A stretch of 64,000 bases of DNA from Patescibacteria group bacterium (GTDB taxonomy: Bacteria > Patescibacteriota > Minisyncoccia > Phycocordibacterales > PALSA-1337): contig JAZKDJ010000001.1 of assembly GCA_040387635.1 (NCBI GenBank), positions 311,453 to 375,452 of the forward strand, given 5' to 3'. Under the pieces are notes generated by a model, which made no database searches, was not told the origin of the DNA, and saw only the letters and a list, made by a program, of their open reading frames with translations. Positions 28,811-38,513 of the stretch are shown one piece after another. A program made the translations under genes and the position numbers. Every line of letters starts with the position of its first letter. The stretch's first letter is position 1.

Positions 28811-29473
28811 TTAAGCCTTCATCTCCTTAACCTTGGCGTCTCGGCCAGGGCGTGGAAGTGATGAGATGCTTGAGAGAGCCTCGATTGCCACTCGCGCGTT
28901 ATTGATCTTGTTCTTGCTTCCAGAAAGGAGCTTGGCCACAATGTCCTTAAGACCTGCGAGCTCAATTACTGTTCGTACTGAGCTTCCTGCCACTACTCCT
29001 CTTCCAGCTACAGGTATCATGATCACGCGTGCGCTGTTGTACTTAGCGTCAACGGCGTGAGCGATAGACATAGATGGAGTTGTCTTCACCTTGATCATGT
29101 TCTTCTTGGCGTCTCGTGTAGCCTTGTCGATAGCTAGCGCTGTGTCACCTGCTTTTCCAAGTCCCACACCCACTCGTCCCTTCTTGTCACCTGCGACAAG
29201 AGCTACGCTGAATGTGAATCGTCGTCCTCCTGATGCGACTCGAGTCACTCGTCGGATGCTGATGATTTTGGAATCAAACTCAGGCTTGATCCTTTCCTTC
29301 TGATCTCGTCCTGGTCCGCCTCGTCGAGGTCCTCCTGTTCGCTTGGCACCACCTCGTGGTCCTCCCCGTCCCATATCATTACCTCGTGGAGCGTGAGCTG
29401 CCGGAGCTGCTGCAGGCGCTGCCGCTGGTGCAGCTGGAGCTGGGTTAGCCGTTGTATCTTGTGTAGTATTCAT
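28811..29473 (-). CDS. rpsE: 30S ribosomal protein S5 with an N-terminal Ala/Pro-rich extension
   Basis: S5 core (IISIRRVTRVASGGRRF...). About 60 aa of PAAPAAAP low-complexity sequence at the N-terminus. Confidence 0.9.
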   Translation of the reverse strand: MNTTQDTTANPAPAAPAAAPAAAPAAHAPRGNDMGRGGPRGGAKRTGGPRRGGPGRDQKERIKPEFDSKIISIRRVTRVASGGRRFTFSVALVAGDKKGRVGVGLGKAGDTALAIDKATRDAKKNMIKVKTTPSMSIAHAVDAKYNSARVIMIPVAGRGVVAGSSVRTVIELAGLKDIVAKLLSGSKNKINNARVAIEALSSISSLPRPGRDAKVKEMKA

Positions 29474-29478
29474 GATAG

Positions 29479-29820
29479 TTAAAACTTAAGTCCTCCTTCT
29501 CGGGCGCCATCAGCGACAGCTTTGATCTTTCCCGTATAGAGATATCCGCCTCGGTCAAAGACCGCTTTTTCGACCTTCTGTGCAAGTGCTTTTTTAGCAA
29601 TGGCAACACCTAATTCCTTGGCCTGATCAGCCTTTACCTTTGTCTTCAACTCACGTGAGTCTGCTGAAGCAAGAGTCTTACCTGTTGTATCGTCGATAAG
29701 CTGGACGTAAAGATACTTGTTCGATCGGTAAACTGAGATACGAGGCACATCTGCCGTACCTGCGATTTTTGATCGAATTCTCTTATGCCGTCGAGCTATA
29801 TTTTCCTGTTTTTTATTCAT
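29479..29820 (-). CDS. rplR: 50S ribosomal protein L18
   Basis: Sequence and position. Confidence 0.9.
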   Translation of the reverse strand: MNKKQENIARRHKRIRSKIAGTADVPRISVYRSNKYLYVQLIDDTTGKTLASADSRELKTKVKADQAKELGVAIAKKALAQKVEKAVFDRGGYLYTGKIKAVADGAREGGLKF

Positions 29821-29836
29821 GTGGATTATTTAAGCT

Positions 29837-30370
29837 TTAAACGGACTTCTTACCCTGCTTACGTCGGATAACTTCCTTCTCGTATCGGATACCTTTTCCC
29901 TTGTAGGGCTCAGGCTTCTTCAGCGCTCGGACTGTAGCAGCAAACTGCCCTACCTTCTCCGCGTTAAGTCCGCTAACAGTAACAATGTTCTTGTCCGCTG
30001 TGACCTTGATGTCATCAGGAATTTCAACCTTTATCTGATGAGAAAATCCGAGTGCGAGATGCAACTCCTTTCCTTTAACGTCAGACTTGAAACCGATTCC
30101 TTCAACAATGAGCTTCTTTTCGAAAGCCTTGTTAACACCGTTGATCATATTCTGAATATGAGCAGCCGCTGTACCCCAAAGAGCTAGCGTCTGAAGATTC
30201 TCTTCTGTAAGAGCAACCGTAACCTGGTTCTCCTTCACCTCCACCTTGATGGTCTCAGGAAACTGTCGTGACAGCTCTCCCAAAGGTCCCTTCACCTTGA
30301 ATAGTCCGCTTGAGAACGTTGCCTCAGTATTCGCAGGAAGATCCATTATTTTTTTGCCGATTCTTGACAT
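29837..30370 (-). CDS. rplF: 50S ribosomal protein L6
   Basis: Sequence and position. Confidence 0.9.
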   Translation of the reverse strand: MSRIGKKIMDLPANTEATFSSGLFKVKGPLGELSRQFPETIKVEVKENQVTVALTEENLQTLALWGTAAAHIQNMINGVNKAFEKKLIVEGIGFKSDVKGKELHLALGFSHQIKVEIPDDIKVTADKNIVTVSGLNAEKVGQFAATVRALKKPEPYKGKGIRYEKEVIRRKQGKKSV

Positions 30371-30392
30371 AATAGTTTGATGTAGGTTTGGC

Positions 30393-30785
30393 TTACCAGA
30401 TTTTGAATAAAACTTCGCCTCCGACCTTTAGTTTTTTCGCATCGATATCGAGAAGGATTCCCTTTGGTGTTGAGAATACAACACTTCCGTAACCGCTCTT
30501 GAATGGGCGGATATCCTTTGATTTCTGATACATTCTTCGTGACGGCTTTGACATTCTGTCTACGCCGGTGATTCGTGGAACTTCGTTTATATAGACAAGT
30601 TCAATGTCTAAGGTTTTATTGACTTTCTTTCCCTTTTTCTCGAAAGACTTTATGTAGCCTGCCTTTTCAAGCACAGCTGCAATGTTCTCTTTGAGGATCG
30701 AGTACGGAAGCGACACAGTTGTCTTCTTTGCGTCGGTTGCGTTCTTGAGTCGGGTAATGAAGTCTGCAATAGGGTCTGTTACCAT
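30393..30785 (-). CDS. rpsH: 30S ribosomal protein S8
   Basis: Sequence and position. Confidence 0.9.
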   Translation of the reverse strand: MVTDPIADFITRLKNATDAKKTTVSLPYSILKENIAAVLEKAGYIKSFEKKGKKVNKTLDIELVYINEVPRITGVDRMSKPSRRMYQKSKDIRPFKSGYGSVVFSTPKGILLDIDAKKLKVGGEVLFKIW

Positions 30786-30964
30786 GATGATTTTTTGATG
30801 CCTGGGATTGCACCTCGGTTAGCAAACTCTCTAAAACAAATACGACAGAGATCAAAATCTCTCATATAGCCGTTTTTTCGTCCGCATCGGAAGCAGCGTC
30901 GTACTACTCTCGATTTGAACTTTGGGGGACGAGCCGCCCTAGCTTTTACTGATGTTTTTGCCAT
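30779..30964 (-). CDS. rpsN: 30S ribosomal protein S14, short zinc-binding type (61 aa; CxxC...CxxC)
   Basis: MAKTSVKARAARPPKFKSRVVRRCFRCGRKNGYMRDFDLCRICFRE. The tracked ORF extends upstream from a TTG, so I trimmed it to the internal ATG. Confidence 0.85.
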   Translation of the reverse strand: MAKTSVKARAARPPKFKSRVVRRCFRCGRKNGYMRDFDLCRICFREFANRGAIPGIKKSSW

Positions 30965-31195
30965 AAGTTCGCCCTTGCGGGCCTTAAATAATGTGGGCTT
31001 TTGATAATAAGAGCCGCCCAAGCCCTGATGTGCCTTATACGAATAACAAAAAGAGAATTGGTTAGCTTCCGAGGATGTTGCCTGCGGCCTGCTTCCAATT
31101 ACTTGGGCATATTTCCAAAGAAAATCTAGGAATATGCGCTGTTTCGCTATGTTTTTAAGGTAATGACAATAGTATCAGGTTATACGGAAAAGTAA

Positions 31196-31236
31196 AGAAA
31201 AAGGCCGGTTCGCTGACTATCAGCGAACCGGCCCCA
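31196..31236 (-). terminator. rho-independent terminator (perfect 14-bp stem GGCCGGTTCGCTGA/TCAGCGAACCGGCC followed by a U-tract on the minus strand)
   Basis: Immediately follows the stop of the 363-aa gene. Confidence 0.8.
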
Positions 31237-31244
31237 AAACCCTT

Positions 31245-32336
31245 CTATGCTTCCGCAGGAGGGCCGTACTTCCGTTCAAATATGTCTCCACCATCCTTCA
31301 TCCTGTCATGAAGCGTGGCACGGATAACGGCTTTGGAACCCGTGACCGTGCGCCACTCGTCGATAATACGCTGGATCAGCTCCAAGTTTTCCTTGCGCCA
31401 TAGGACCCTCTTCACTGTAGGAGAGTGCATAATACTGAATTCAGGGTGATCTAATCCCGCAATCAATGACAGGCGATTACCCGAAAGACAGCCTATCTGG
31501 ACATCGAGCAACCTCTTTCTGTTTTGCCTGAGGTTCGACTGAAGCAAGTCTCCATCGCGCGACAATTTCCCGATCGCAGTAGCTTCTTCAACCAAAACGG
31601 CGAGAGCGCTAGGACTTGTTCCCAACACAGCACCCATAATAGTGCCAAATCCAACCAAATGGTCAGCGGGCTGTTGACGATGAATACATGCTAAGAAAAA
31701 ACGGCGCATATTCAACCAAATTTGGTCACCCCTGAGATTCTGCTCTTTGCTACCAAGCCCTTTAAGCATCACCACGGCCAATTGTGGTGAGATTTTCTCA
31801 CAGCCAGTTCGAAGAGTTTTCTCCAAAGATGAGGCCACTGCAGAGGAGAACTCTCCGAACTCAAGACTGACAATCCGTTCCCAAGCCTTGCGAACCCAGG
31901 TATCGTCCGGTGGAAGTGTCAGCATCACCGAAATTGTTTCAGCCACAAGAAGATGCGTACATCCCCAGACTGAATTTGAATTATGCTTAGCCCAGGGAGA
32001 AATACGGAGTTTGTCGTGCAATTCACCCAACTCCCGCAGTTTCCACTGCGCACGCTCTGTGCATCGCTGAACATCCGAATCCAATACTATTCGGGAACTG
32101 CCCATCGCACGGAATGCGTGCAGCCAGTACTCCAAATAGACCTGAGCATCTGCATCACCTCGTGTCTGAGCAGCATCCGTAACTAGAACTGTCAGTTCGG
32201 CAAGCTGTTCTTTTTCGGGTTTACCTACCAACAGACGCTCGATAACCAGATTCATGGGTCTGCGTTCCACCCCTGCTATCAATGTATTCATACTGTTTAT
32301 GTGCTGCACTTCCCCCTCGAGGAAAGCTCCTCGCAT
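31245..32336 (-). CDS. hypothetical protein (363 aa, Arg/Trp/Leu-rich, looks GC-richer by eye than the flanking genes)
   Basis: Long ORF inserted in the spc operon. No motif recognised. Confidence 0.55.
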   Translation of the reverse strand: MRGAFLEGEVQHINSMNTLIAGVERRPMNLVIERLLVGKPEKEQLAELTVLVTDAAQTRGDADAQVYLEYWLHAFRAMGSSRIVLDSDVQRCTERAQWKLRELGELHDKLRISPWAKHNSNSVWGCTHLLVAETISVMLTLPPDDTWVRKAWERIVSLEFGEFSSAVASSLEKTLRTGCEKISPQLAVVMLKGLGSKEQNLRGDQIWLNMRRFFLACIHRQQPADHLVGFGTIMGAVLGTSPSALAVLVEEATAIGKLSRDGDLLQSNLRQNRKRLLDVQIGCLSGNRLSLIAGLDHPEFSIMHSPTVKRVLWRKENLELIQRIIDEWRTVTGSKAVIRATLHDRMKDGGDIFERKYGPPAEA

Positions 32337-32457
32337 GCGCCCTCGAGCCCATACGAAGATAGTTTAGGTCGCGAAACGACATGTTCCGCGGATCCGTTAT
32401 TAACCCTACCTCTTAGGGCGTGGAAGTCAATAACAAATTTTAGAGAGCACATAAATT

Positions 32458-33369
32458 CTAAACCCTATTTGCTCTAACTGATTTCATGAAAAAGTACCCC
32501 ACGATAATAAACGTCACCACCGGCGACACCCACGCTGGTATATGAATTCCAAAACCATCGAGAAGCATGATTGTACCCAATCCAGCAATTGAATACATAG
32601 CACCGTTCTTTAAATATTTAAACTTCTTGATTCTCTCAATATTTCCAATAGTAAGCTGCCTAACGACGACTGCTCCAATACCATTTCCAATCAAAATAAG
32701 AGGTACCGACATAGTGAAGGCAAAGGCACCAACCACTCCATCAATTGAGAAGCACGCATCAATTACCTCGAGGTAGAGAATCTTAGACCAGTCACTCATC
32801 CTTGTCTCCCCTTCCATCATGCGACGCTCGGTTGCTTCAGCGTTTTCTTTGAGACCGTGAATGAGGAAGAATGCACTCGAACCAATGACAGCTCCCAAAG
32901 CAATGAAAGCATTTGTTTTCACAGCAGCCCAAACTACCCCAACAAGAATGAACGAAGCGAGTGTGTAGAACCACAAGCCATGCTTAGCTATAAACCGTTC
33001 ACCCATAAGACCGAATTCTTTATCTTCAAGAAATAGCCAATGGAGGAATAGAAAGAGGAGGAAAATACCAGCTCCAACTAACAATATCGGTGCGGCCGTT
33101 TCCACCGCAGTCATAACACTTGGATCGGAACTAAATGAGGCCTTGAATGCCTCCATGATTGTTATTCCTGGAGTAGCTAGCCACACAATGAGCCATGGCA
33201 GCAATCCTCTTACAAGGAAAACTCCCAAGAGTATTCCCCAAACAAGAAAAAATCTCCGTGCCCATGGAGACATTTTTCCTAACACCTCAGCATTGATAAC
33301 TGCGTTATCAATGCTATTGATGACTTCGAACAGTATGAGACCCCCGACTGTAAGTAGGATAGTAAGCAT
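32458..33369 (-). CDS. TerC/DUF475-family integral membrane protein
   Basis: N-terminal EVINSIDNAVINA, the TerC-type SIDNA motif. About 8 TM helices. Confidence 0.6.
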   Translation of the reverse strand: MLTILLTVGGLILFEVINSIDNAVINAEVLGKMSPWARRFFLVWGILLGVFLVRGLLPWLIVWLATPGITIMEAFKASFSSDPSVMTAVETAAPILLVGAGIFLLFLFLHWLFLEDKEFGLMGERFIAKHGLWFYTLASFILVGVVWAAVKTNAFIALGAVIGSSAFFLIHGLKENAEATERRMMEGETRMSDWSKILYLEVIDACFSIDGVVGAFAFTMSVPLILIGNGIGAVVVRQLTIGNIERIKKFKYLKNGAMYSIAGLGTIMLLDGFGIHIPAWVSPVVTFIIVGYFFMKSVRANRV

Positions 33370-33436
33370 AGTATCGTTCTTAATATTCTACCTCAAGATA
33401 CTATCTTCTGTCCTGATATTGAAGAAAATAATGGTT

Positions 33437-35479
33437 CTACTGTGTAACAGAAGCTGCTACCATCACGCTTGCGCTTGTCTTAGTCTCTGCTCCTTCCGAG
33501 TCGAATACATAGAAGATAGGAGTATATGTTCCTGCTGACACATAGGAATGAGTAAACGTAGTTGACTGGCTTGCAGTAAATGGTTTACTCATTGCCTTTG
33601 CCGTAGAAACAGAAGGCTCATCTCCCCATACAATGGAATAACTAAGTGATCCTCCTTCTGGATCATACGCGTTCACTTTCCATGTAGCTGTTTCATTCAC
33701 TTTCATGATTGTTGGGAAAGTTCCGCCTGTAATAACTGGAGGTCGGTTTGAAGAGATCGGCAGCGGCTTAGTAGAGGAAACTGGAGATTGCATTATCTTG
33801 GATGCAGGAATCTTTCCTGTAATCGTAGTTCCATCTGTAAACACTATTCCTATAGTTCCACCGGCAAACGAAGTCGTTTCAGGCTGACCATAGAGATCGA
33901 AATAGTTTGTGCCGTTGTAGACATCTATCTTCTGGTTATAGGCTGTATTCTCAAATCCTTTACCCATGACATACAGAGGATAAAGTGATTTTCCTAAAAT
34001 ACTCTTGCTGTCAGTTGTTGCCCATCCTTCCCCGCCGGTATTGGACGTAATGTACACATACTTAATAGTCTTCGTCTCAGGAACATTCACCACAGCTTGC
34101 CAATGCCAGTCATTAGGATTTCGATTGTTTATCGCTGTACCGGGACGGAAATCTCCACTTACCTTATCCTGGTAAGCATCCTGCAATACCGCGCTCACGG
34201 AAGATTGCGAGCCAAGGTCAGTATAAACCACGCTCGAAACCGTTATTGTCTGGTCTGGGCTGTTTGGAACAAACATAATATCTGCCCTACCACCACAAGG
34301 CTCCTTTACGAAAGATCTCATCTTTACCAAATCGTAAGATTGGTTAACCCTAACATTTGCCGCGTCTTCGAATTTACCATCCTCGTTACAATCAAACATT
34401 ACCAAGAGATCGCCTCCATTTACATGAGATATTGAACCTTTCACAAGCAAAGATTTTCCAAGATAATCAATGTCTTCTGATATAAACCCTTCGTAGTCGT
34501 TACGCTTAGGTTCGCTGAACCATCGAAGTGTCGCGGGGGTGTAGGCAGAGATCCCTACCCTTTCATCACATCTATACTGATCGTTGGGCACAGCAGATCT
34601 CGGGAGAACAAGAGAGACGCTATCACACACTGTAACATCATATCTTTGTGGACGTGTTGGCTTCTCGATTCCACTACCAGGTTTGATTGAGAACAAACCG
34701 CTGTATCCCACCTTGTCTCTATAGAGTCCCTCGCTTACTTTTATATAGTAATCATTTCCTCGCGGAATATCGTTTGGAATCGTCCAGGTCAAGTTTGGCG
34801 CATAATTTCCAGTATTGAGTGACAACCGCTGAAAAGAAGGATCGCTCTTCTTCAGAAGAGAAACACTATACTGATCCTTTGCGTTAGACTTCCATGAGAT
34901 CGGAAGGCTTTCCCCATTGTAATAACCAGCATCGGATGAAGGGCTGATTACCTTGATCTTATTTTTGTTTCGTCCTTCAACTACCGTGAATTTCCCATCA
35001 GAATAATCAGTCATTCCACCGACAACCACTTTAACAGCAAATGAAGAAGGCAGAATTCCTGTTGCGTAATATGCAGGAATCGTCCATGTATAAGATCCCG
35101 TGTTAGGAGTTTTATCAATTATCCAATCTTCAAAATAATTGCCCGCGGCATATGTAGGATCCGTATGAGTGTATCCAAGTTCAATTCTCACCTTTTCATT
35201 TCGGGAAGCAACGCTACTGTCCCATGTGATGGTTACTCTCTCGCCAACCCTATAAACTTCACCGCCGTTTGGAGAAATGACCGTCAGATTAGGTGTTACC
35301 GGACAGGCAAATCCAACACAGACAGTCGTCGGTTCAGTGGCTGTCATAGCAGCAAGCTGAGCCTGGAGCTGAGCAATAAGCGTCCTGAGCTCTTCGGTGG
35401 TATAAGCCTGCGCAAACGTCCCTCCTGCAAGCGTTAGCATGAAGGCAATGGCGATGATAATTTTCTTAATGTGTTTCAT
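33437..35479 (-). CDS. secreted cell-surface protein with Ig-like/Kre9-like repeats and a C-terminal PKD domain
   Basis: Signal peptide, then a helix AYTTEELRTLIAQLQAQLAAM. Repeated ISPNGGEVY...TWTIP modules. The C-terminal WGDEP...HSY...GTY..IFYVFD segment is PKD-like. Confidence 0.65.
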   Translation of the reverse strand: MKHIKKIIIAIAFMLTLAGGTFAQAYTTEELRTLIAQLQAQLAAMTATEPTTVCVGFACPVTPNLTVISPNGGEVYRVGERVTITWDSSVASRNEKVRIELGYTHTDPTYAAGNYFEDWIIDKTPNTGSYTWTIPAYYATGILPSSFAVKVVVGGMTDYSDGKFTVVEGRNKNKIKVISPSSDAGYYNGESLPISWKSNAKDQYSVSLLKKSDPSFQRLSLNTGNYAPNLTWTIPNDIPRGNDYYIKVSEGLYRDKVGYSGLFSIKPGSGIEKPTRPQRYDVTVCDSVSLVLPRSAVPNDQYRCDERVGISAYTPATLRWFSEPKRNDYEGFISEDIDYLGKSLLVKGSISHVNGGDLLVMFDCNEDGKFEDAANVRVNQSYDLVKMRSFVKEPCGGRADIMFVPNSPDQTITVSSVVYTDLGSQSSVSAVLQDAYQDKVSGDFRPGTAINNRNPNDWHWQAVVNVPETKTIKYVYITSNTGGEGWATTDSKSILGKSLYPLYVMGKGFENTAYNQKIDVYNGTNYFDLYGQPETTSFAGGTIGIVFTDGTTITGKIPASKIMQSPVSSTKPLPISSNRPPVITGGTFPTIMKVNETATWKVNAYDPEGGSLSYSIVWGDEPSVSTAKAMSKPFTASQSTTFTHSYVSAGTYTPIFYVFDSEGAETKTSASVMVAASVTQ

Positions 35480-35580
35480 AAAAAGCTGCCCGATAAGTAC
35501 TAATAAATTAATAACTGTGCGAATTGCTTACCAAGCAAGTATACGTCCTAATTTTGAAATAACGACACTTCTTATCCACA

Positions 35581-35617
35581 AACAAAAAACCGCTTTCTTC
35601 AAGCGGTTTTTTGTTTT
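35581..35617 (-). terminator. rho-independent terminator directly after rplE (AAAAAACCGCTT...AAGCGGTTTTTT, bidirectional shape)
   Basis: Palindrome with flanking A- and T-tracts. Confidence 0.75.
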
Positions 35618-36173
35618 ATCTCTTCTTTGTAGTAGTTTCCTCTTTCTTGAATGGGAAGCCGAGATATTCGAGATATGTCTCAGTCATCTTTGGATCCTTT
35701 GAAGTAGTAACAACTGTTACTGCGAATCCGAAGACATCCTTGAGCTCTTCGTCTGTAGTCTCAGGGAAGATAGTGTGTTCCTTGATACCTAGAGTATAGT
35801 TACCCATCTCGTCGATTCCATTCTTTGAAATTCCTCGGAAGTCCTTAGTTCGAGGGAATGCGATGTTGATCAATCGATCAAGAAATTCGTTCATTCGTGC
35901 ACCTCGAAGCGTGATCTGGTAACCTACTGGATCCCCTTCTCGCATTTTGAATGAAGCGATAGATTTCTTCGCAACTCGTGTCGCAGGCTTCTGGCCTGTG
36001 ATTCTTCCAAGTCGATCAGCAATAAGCTCTACCTTCTTCTTGTCCTTGATTGAACCTGTTCCGGCGCTTACCACCACTTTGCTGACACGTGGAACCTGCA
36101 TAGGATTCTCAAGCTTGAGCTTATCCTTAAGGCTTACGAACGCTTTGCTTTGTAATTCTTTGACGCTTTTCAT
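35616..36173 (-). CDS. rplE: 50S ribosomal protein L5
   Basis: QITLRGARMNEFLDRLINIAFPRTKDFRGIS is typical of L5. Confidence 0.9.
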   Translation of the reverse strand: MKSVKELQSKAFVSLKDKLKLENPMQVPRVSKVVVSAGTGSIKDKKKVELIADRLGRITGQKPATRVAKKSIASFKMREGDPVGYQITLRGARMNEFLDRLINIAFPRTKDFRGISKNGIDEMGNYTLGIKEHTIFPETTDEELKDVFGFAVTVVTTSKDPKMTETYLEYLGFPFKKEETTTKKR

Positions 36174-36205
36174 ATCTCTTTAGTTAGTTGAGTTACTCTT
36201 TGGGT

Positions 36206-36466
36206 TTACTTGGCCTTCTCTGCCTTCTTAGCCTCTTTCTTGTCCGCCTTCTTGTCGTTCAGCGCTACGTTTGAAATATGGATAGGCGTAGATACTTCAA
36301 CAATCTGACCTTTCTGGTCCTTTCGTCGGCCCTTCTGGTGCTTCTTCTTGATGTTGATGCCTTCAACGAGAACTCTGTTGATCTTAGGAAAAACTCGAAG
36401 AACCTTTCCTGTCTTGCCTCTGTCGGCTCCTGCGAGCACCTTTACGACTGTGTCTTTTTTAATCAT
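36206..36466 (-). CDS. rplX: 50S ribosomal protein L24 (start trimmed to the internal Met, MIKKDTVV)
   Basis: KOW motif region VKVLAGADRGKTGKV. Confidence 0.85.
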   Translation of the reverse strand: MIKKDTVVKVLAGADRGKTGKVLRVFPKINRVLVEGINIKKKHQKGRRKDQKGQIVEVSTPIHISNVALNDKKADKKEAKKAEKAK

Positions 36467-36488
36467 GGTAGTGGGAATATTTAAACAA

Positions 36489-36860
36489 TTAGACGATTTC
36501 AGGCGCTCGTGATGCGATAGTCTGGAATCCTCGCTCCTGGATTTCTCGAGGAATAGGTCCGAACACACGTCCTGCAACAGGCTCCTTTCTTCCCTTGTCG
36601 AGGATAACTACTGCGTTCTCATCAAATCGAATGTATGATCCATCCTTTCGTCGGAATGGCTTTGTCTGTCGCACGACAACCGCGCTCAATACATCCTTCT
36701 TCTTGATAGCCTTTCGAGGCTGAGCTTTCTGTACTGAAAGAACAACAAGATCTCCAATCTGAGCATATCGCTTCTTTGAGCTTCCAAGCACTTTGAAGAT
36801 ACGGCCTACTGTTGCGCCGCAGTTATCTGTTATTCGTACTATTGAGCGTGGTTGTATCAT
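36489..36860 (-). CDS. rplN: 50S ribosomal protein L14
   Basis: MIQPRSIVRITDNCGA. Confidence 0.9.
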   Translation of the reverse strand: MIQPRSIVRITDNCGATVGRIFKVLGSSKKRYAQIGDLVVLSVQKAQPRKAIKKKDVLSAVVVRQTKPFRRKDGSYIRFDENAVVILDKGRKEPVAGRVFGPIPREIQERGFQTIASRAPEIV

Positions 36861-36880
36861 TGTAGTTTAGTTAGAGGTCT

Positions 36881-37156
36881 TTATTTAGCGTCGACCATCT
36901 TAAATGACTTGTGTCGTGAGATCGGTCGGCATGACTCGATAGTCACCTTGTCCCCCACCTTCTTTGTGTTTCCAGGGTCATGAACCTTGAATCGCTTCTT
37001 GAGATTGAGGAACTTCTGATACTTGTCGTCCTTCACGTATCGCTGGATCAAAACGACTGCTGTATCCTTCATTTTATCTGACACGACAGTTCCCTCAAGC
37101 TGCTTTCGCTTTGGTTCCGCCTTTGGCATTGGTTGTGTTGGGGTCTTCTTTTCCAT
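36881..37156 (-). CDS. rpsQ: 30S ribosomal protein S17
   Basis: Sequence and position. Confidence 0.9.
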   Translation of the reverse strand: MEKKTPTQPMPKAEPKRKQLEGTVVSDKMKDTAVVLIQRYVKDDKYQKFLNLKKRFKVHDPGNTKKVGDKVTIESCRPISRHKSFKMVDAK

Positions 37157-37161
37157 AATAA

Positions 37162-37383
37162 TTATTTAGTCTTTGTCTCCTTAGCCTTAGCCTTTTTAGC
37201 GATACCATCTCGTAGGCTGAGTTCTGTGAAAGATCGTGCAATATCCTTTCGGAGAGCATGCACTTCCTTTACGTTCTTCGCTGAATTAGTCATCGAGCCA
37301 AATCGAATCTTTCGAAGGCTTTCCCTCTTTTCAACGATGCTCTTCATGAGATCCTGCACTGATTTTTCCTTGAGTTCTTTCAT
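37162..37383 (-). CDS. rpmC: 50S ribosomal protein L29
   Basis: Sequence and position. Confidence 0.85.
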   Translation of the reverse strand: MKELKEKSVQDLMKSIVEKRESLRKIRFGSMTNSAKNVKEVHALRKDIARSFTELSLRDGIAKKAKAKETKTK

Positions 37384-37394
37384 AGTAGTTCTAG

Positions 37395-37826
37395 TTAAAA
37401 GTCATGTCTGCTTACCACGCGTGTTCGAACTGAGAGCTTTGCTCCAGCTTTGAGAAGCGCGTCATTCGCAACCTTCTCTTCGACTCCGTCGACTTCAAAC
37501 ATGATTCTGCCAGGCTTAACAACGCACACGAATCCTACTGGGTCTCCCTTTCCCTTACCCATCTTTACTTCAGCTGGCTTCTGAGTGAAAGGTCGATCTG
37601 GGAAAACTCGAATCCATACCTTGCCGGCCTTTGAAGCGTATCGAGATACAACCTTTCGTGCTGCTTCGATCTCGTTAGAGGTAACTCGTCCAAAGCTTGT
37701 AGCCTTGAGACCATATGAGCCGAACGCGAGCTTGATACCGCGCGTCTCCACCATATTCGCAATCTTCTTTGCGTTTTGTCGGCCTGTGTGCCACTTTCGG
37801 AATTTTACTTTCTTTGGGAATAACAT
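37395..37826 (-). CDS. rplP: 50S ribosomal protein L16
   Basis: MLFPKKVKFRKWHTGRQ. Confidence 0.9.
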   Translation of the reverse strand: MLFPKKVKFRKWHTGRQNAKKIANMVETRGIKLAFGSYGLKATSFGRVTSNEIEAARKVVSRYASKAGKVWIRVFPDRPFTQKPAEVKMGKGKGDPVGFVCVVKPGRIMFEVDGVEEKVANDALLKAGAKLSVRTRVVSRHDF

Positions 37827-37836
37827 GGTGGTATTA

Positions 37837-38508
37837 CTATTTCTTTATATCCTTATTGAAAACCTCTCCCTTATAGATCCATACCTTGATACCGATTCCT
37901 CCGTAAGTCATATTAGCCTTTTCTTCAGCATAATCAATATCCGCTCGTAGTGTCTGAAGTGGGATCTGACCTCTCTTAAGGTCTTCCTGTCGTGCCATTT
38001 CAGCACCTCCAAGTCGTCCTGAAAGCTTTACCTTTACTCCGAACACATCTCGCTGCGCAGTAACCTTCTCGATTGTCTGCTTGAGCACTCGTCGGAATGG
38101 AAGTCGCTTCTCAAGTCCTTCTGCAACCATCATAGCTACGATCGCTGAGTTAGACTCAGGGTTCTTAACCTCCTGAACGTCGAGCTTAAGTTCTTTTCCA
38201 GCAAGAGAAATCTTGTGCTTCTTGAAAATTCTTTCAATCTTCTCTCGAAGCTTGATGATTCCCTCTCCGTTTCGGCCAATGATCATACCAGGACGTGATG
38301 TCTTGATAATGATTGTCATAGACTTCTGGTTTCGCTCGATATGAACGTCTGCTAGGAAAAAATATCGGAGTTCCTTCTTAAGGAATTCTCGGAGGATAAG
38401 ATCAGCCTTGAGGTATGCTCGGTATTCCGCGTTTGTCGCGAACCATCGGCTTTTCCAGTCTCGAATGATGCCTAGTCTATGTGAATATGGGTGTACGGAG
38501 TGTGACAT
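37837..38508 (-). CDS. rpsC: 30S ribosomal protein S3
   Basis: KH domain and C-terminal GGAEMAR region. Confidence 0.9.
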   Translation of the reverse strand: MSHSVHPYSHRLGIIRDWKSRWFATNAEYRAYLKADLILREFLKKELRYFFLADVHIERNQKSMTIIIKTSRPGMIIGRNGEGIIKLREKIERIFKKHKISLAGKELKLDVQEVKNPESNSAIVAMMVAEGLEKRLPFRRVLKQTIEKVTAQRDVFGVKVKLSGRLGGAEMARQEDLKRGQIPLQTLRADIDYAEEKANMTYGGIGIKVWIYKGEVFNKDIKK

Positions 38509-38513
38509 GACAA

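Noticed and set aside
31245-35479. Interpretation of the spc-operon insert as a prophage or transposon.
   Set aside because: No integrase, transposase, terminal inverted repeats or flanking direct repeats are recognisable. It is better described as an accessory gene block of unknown origin.
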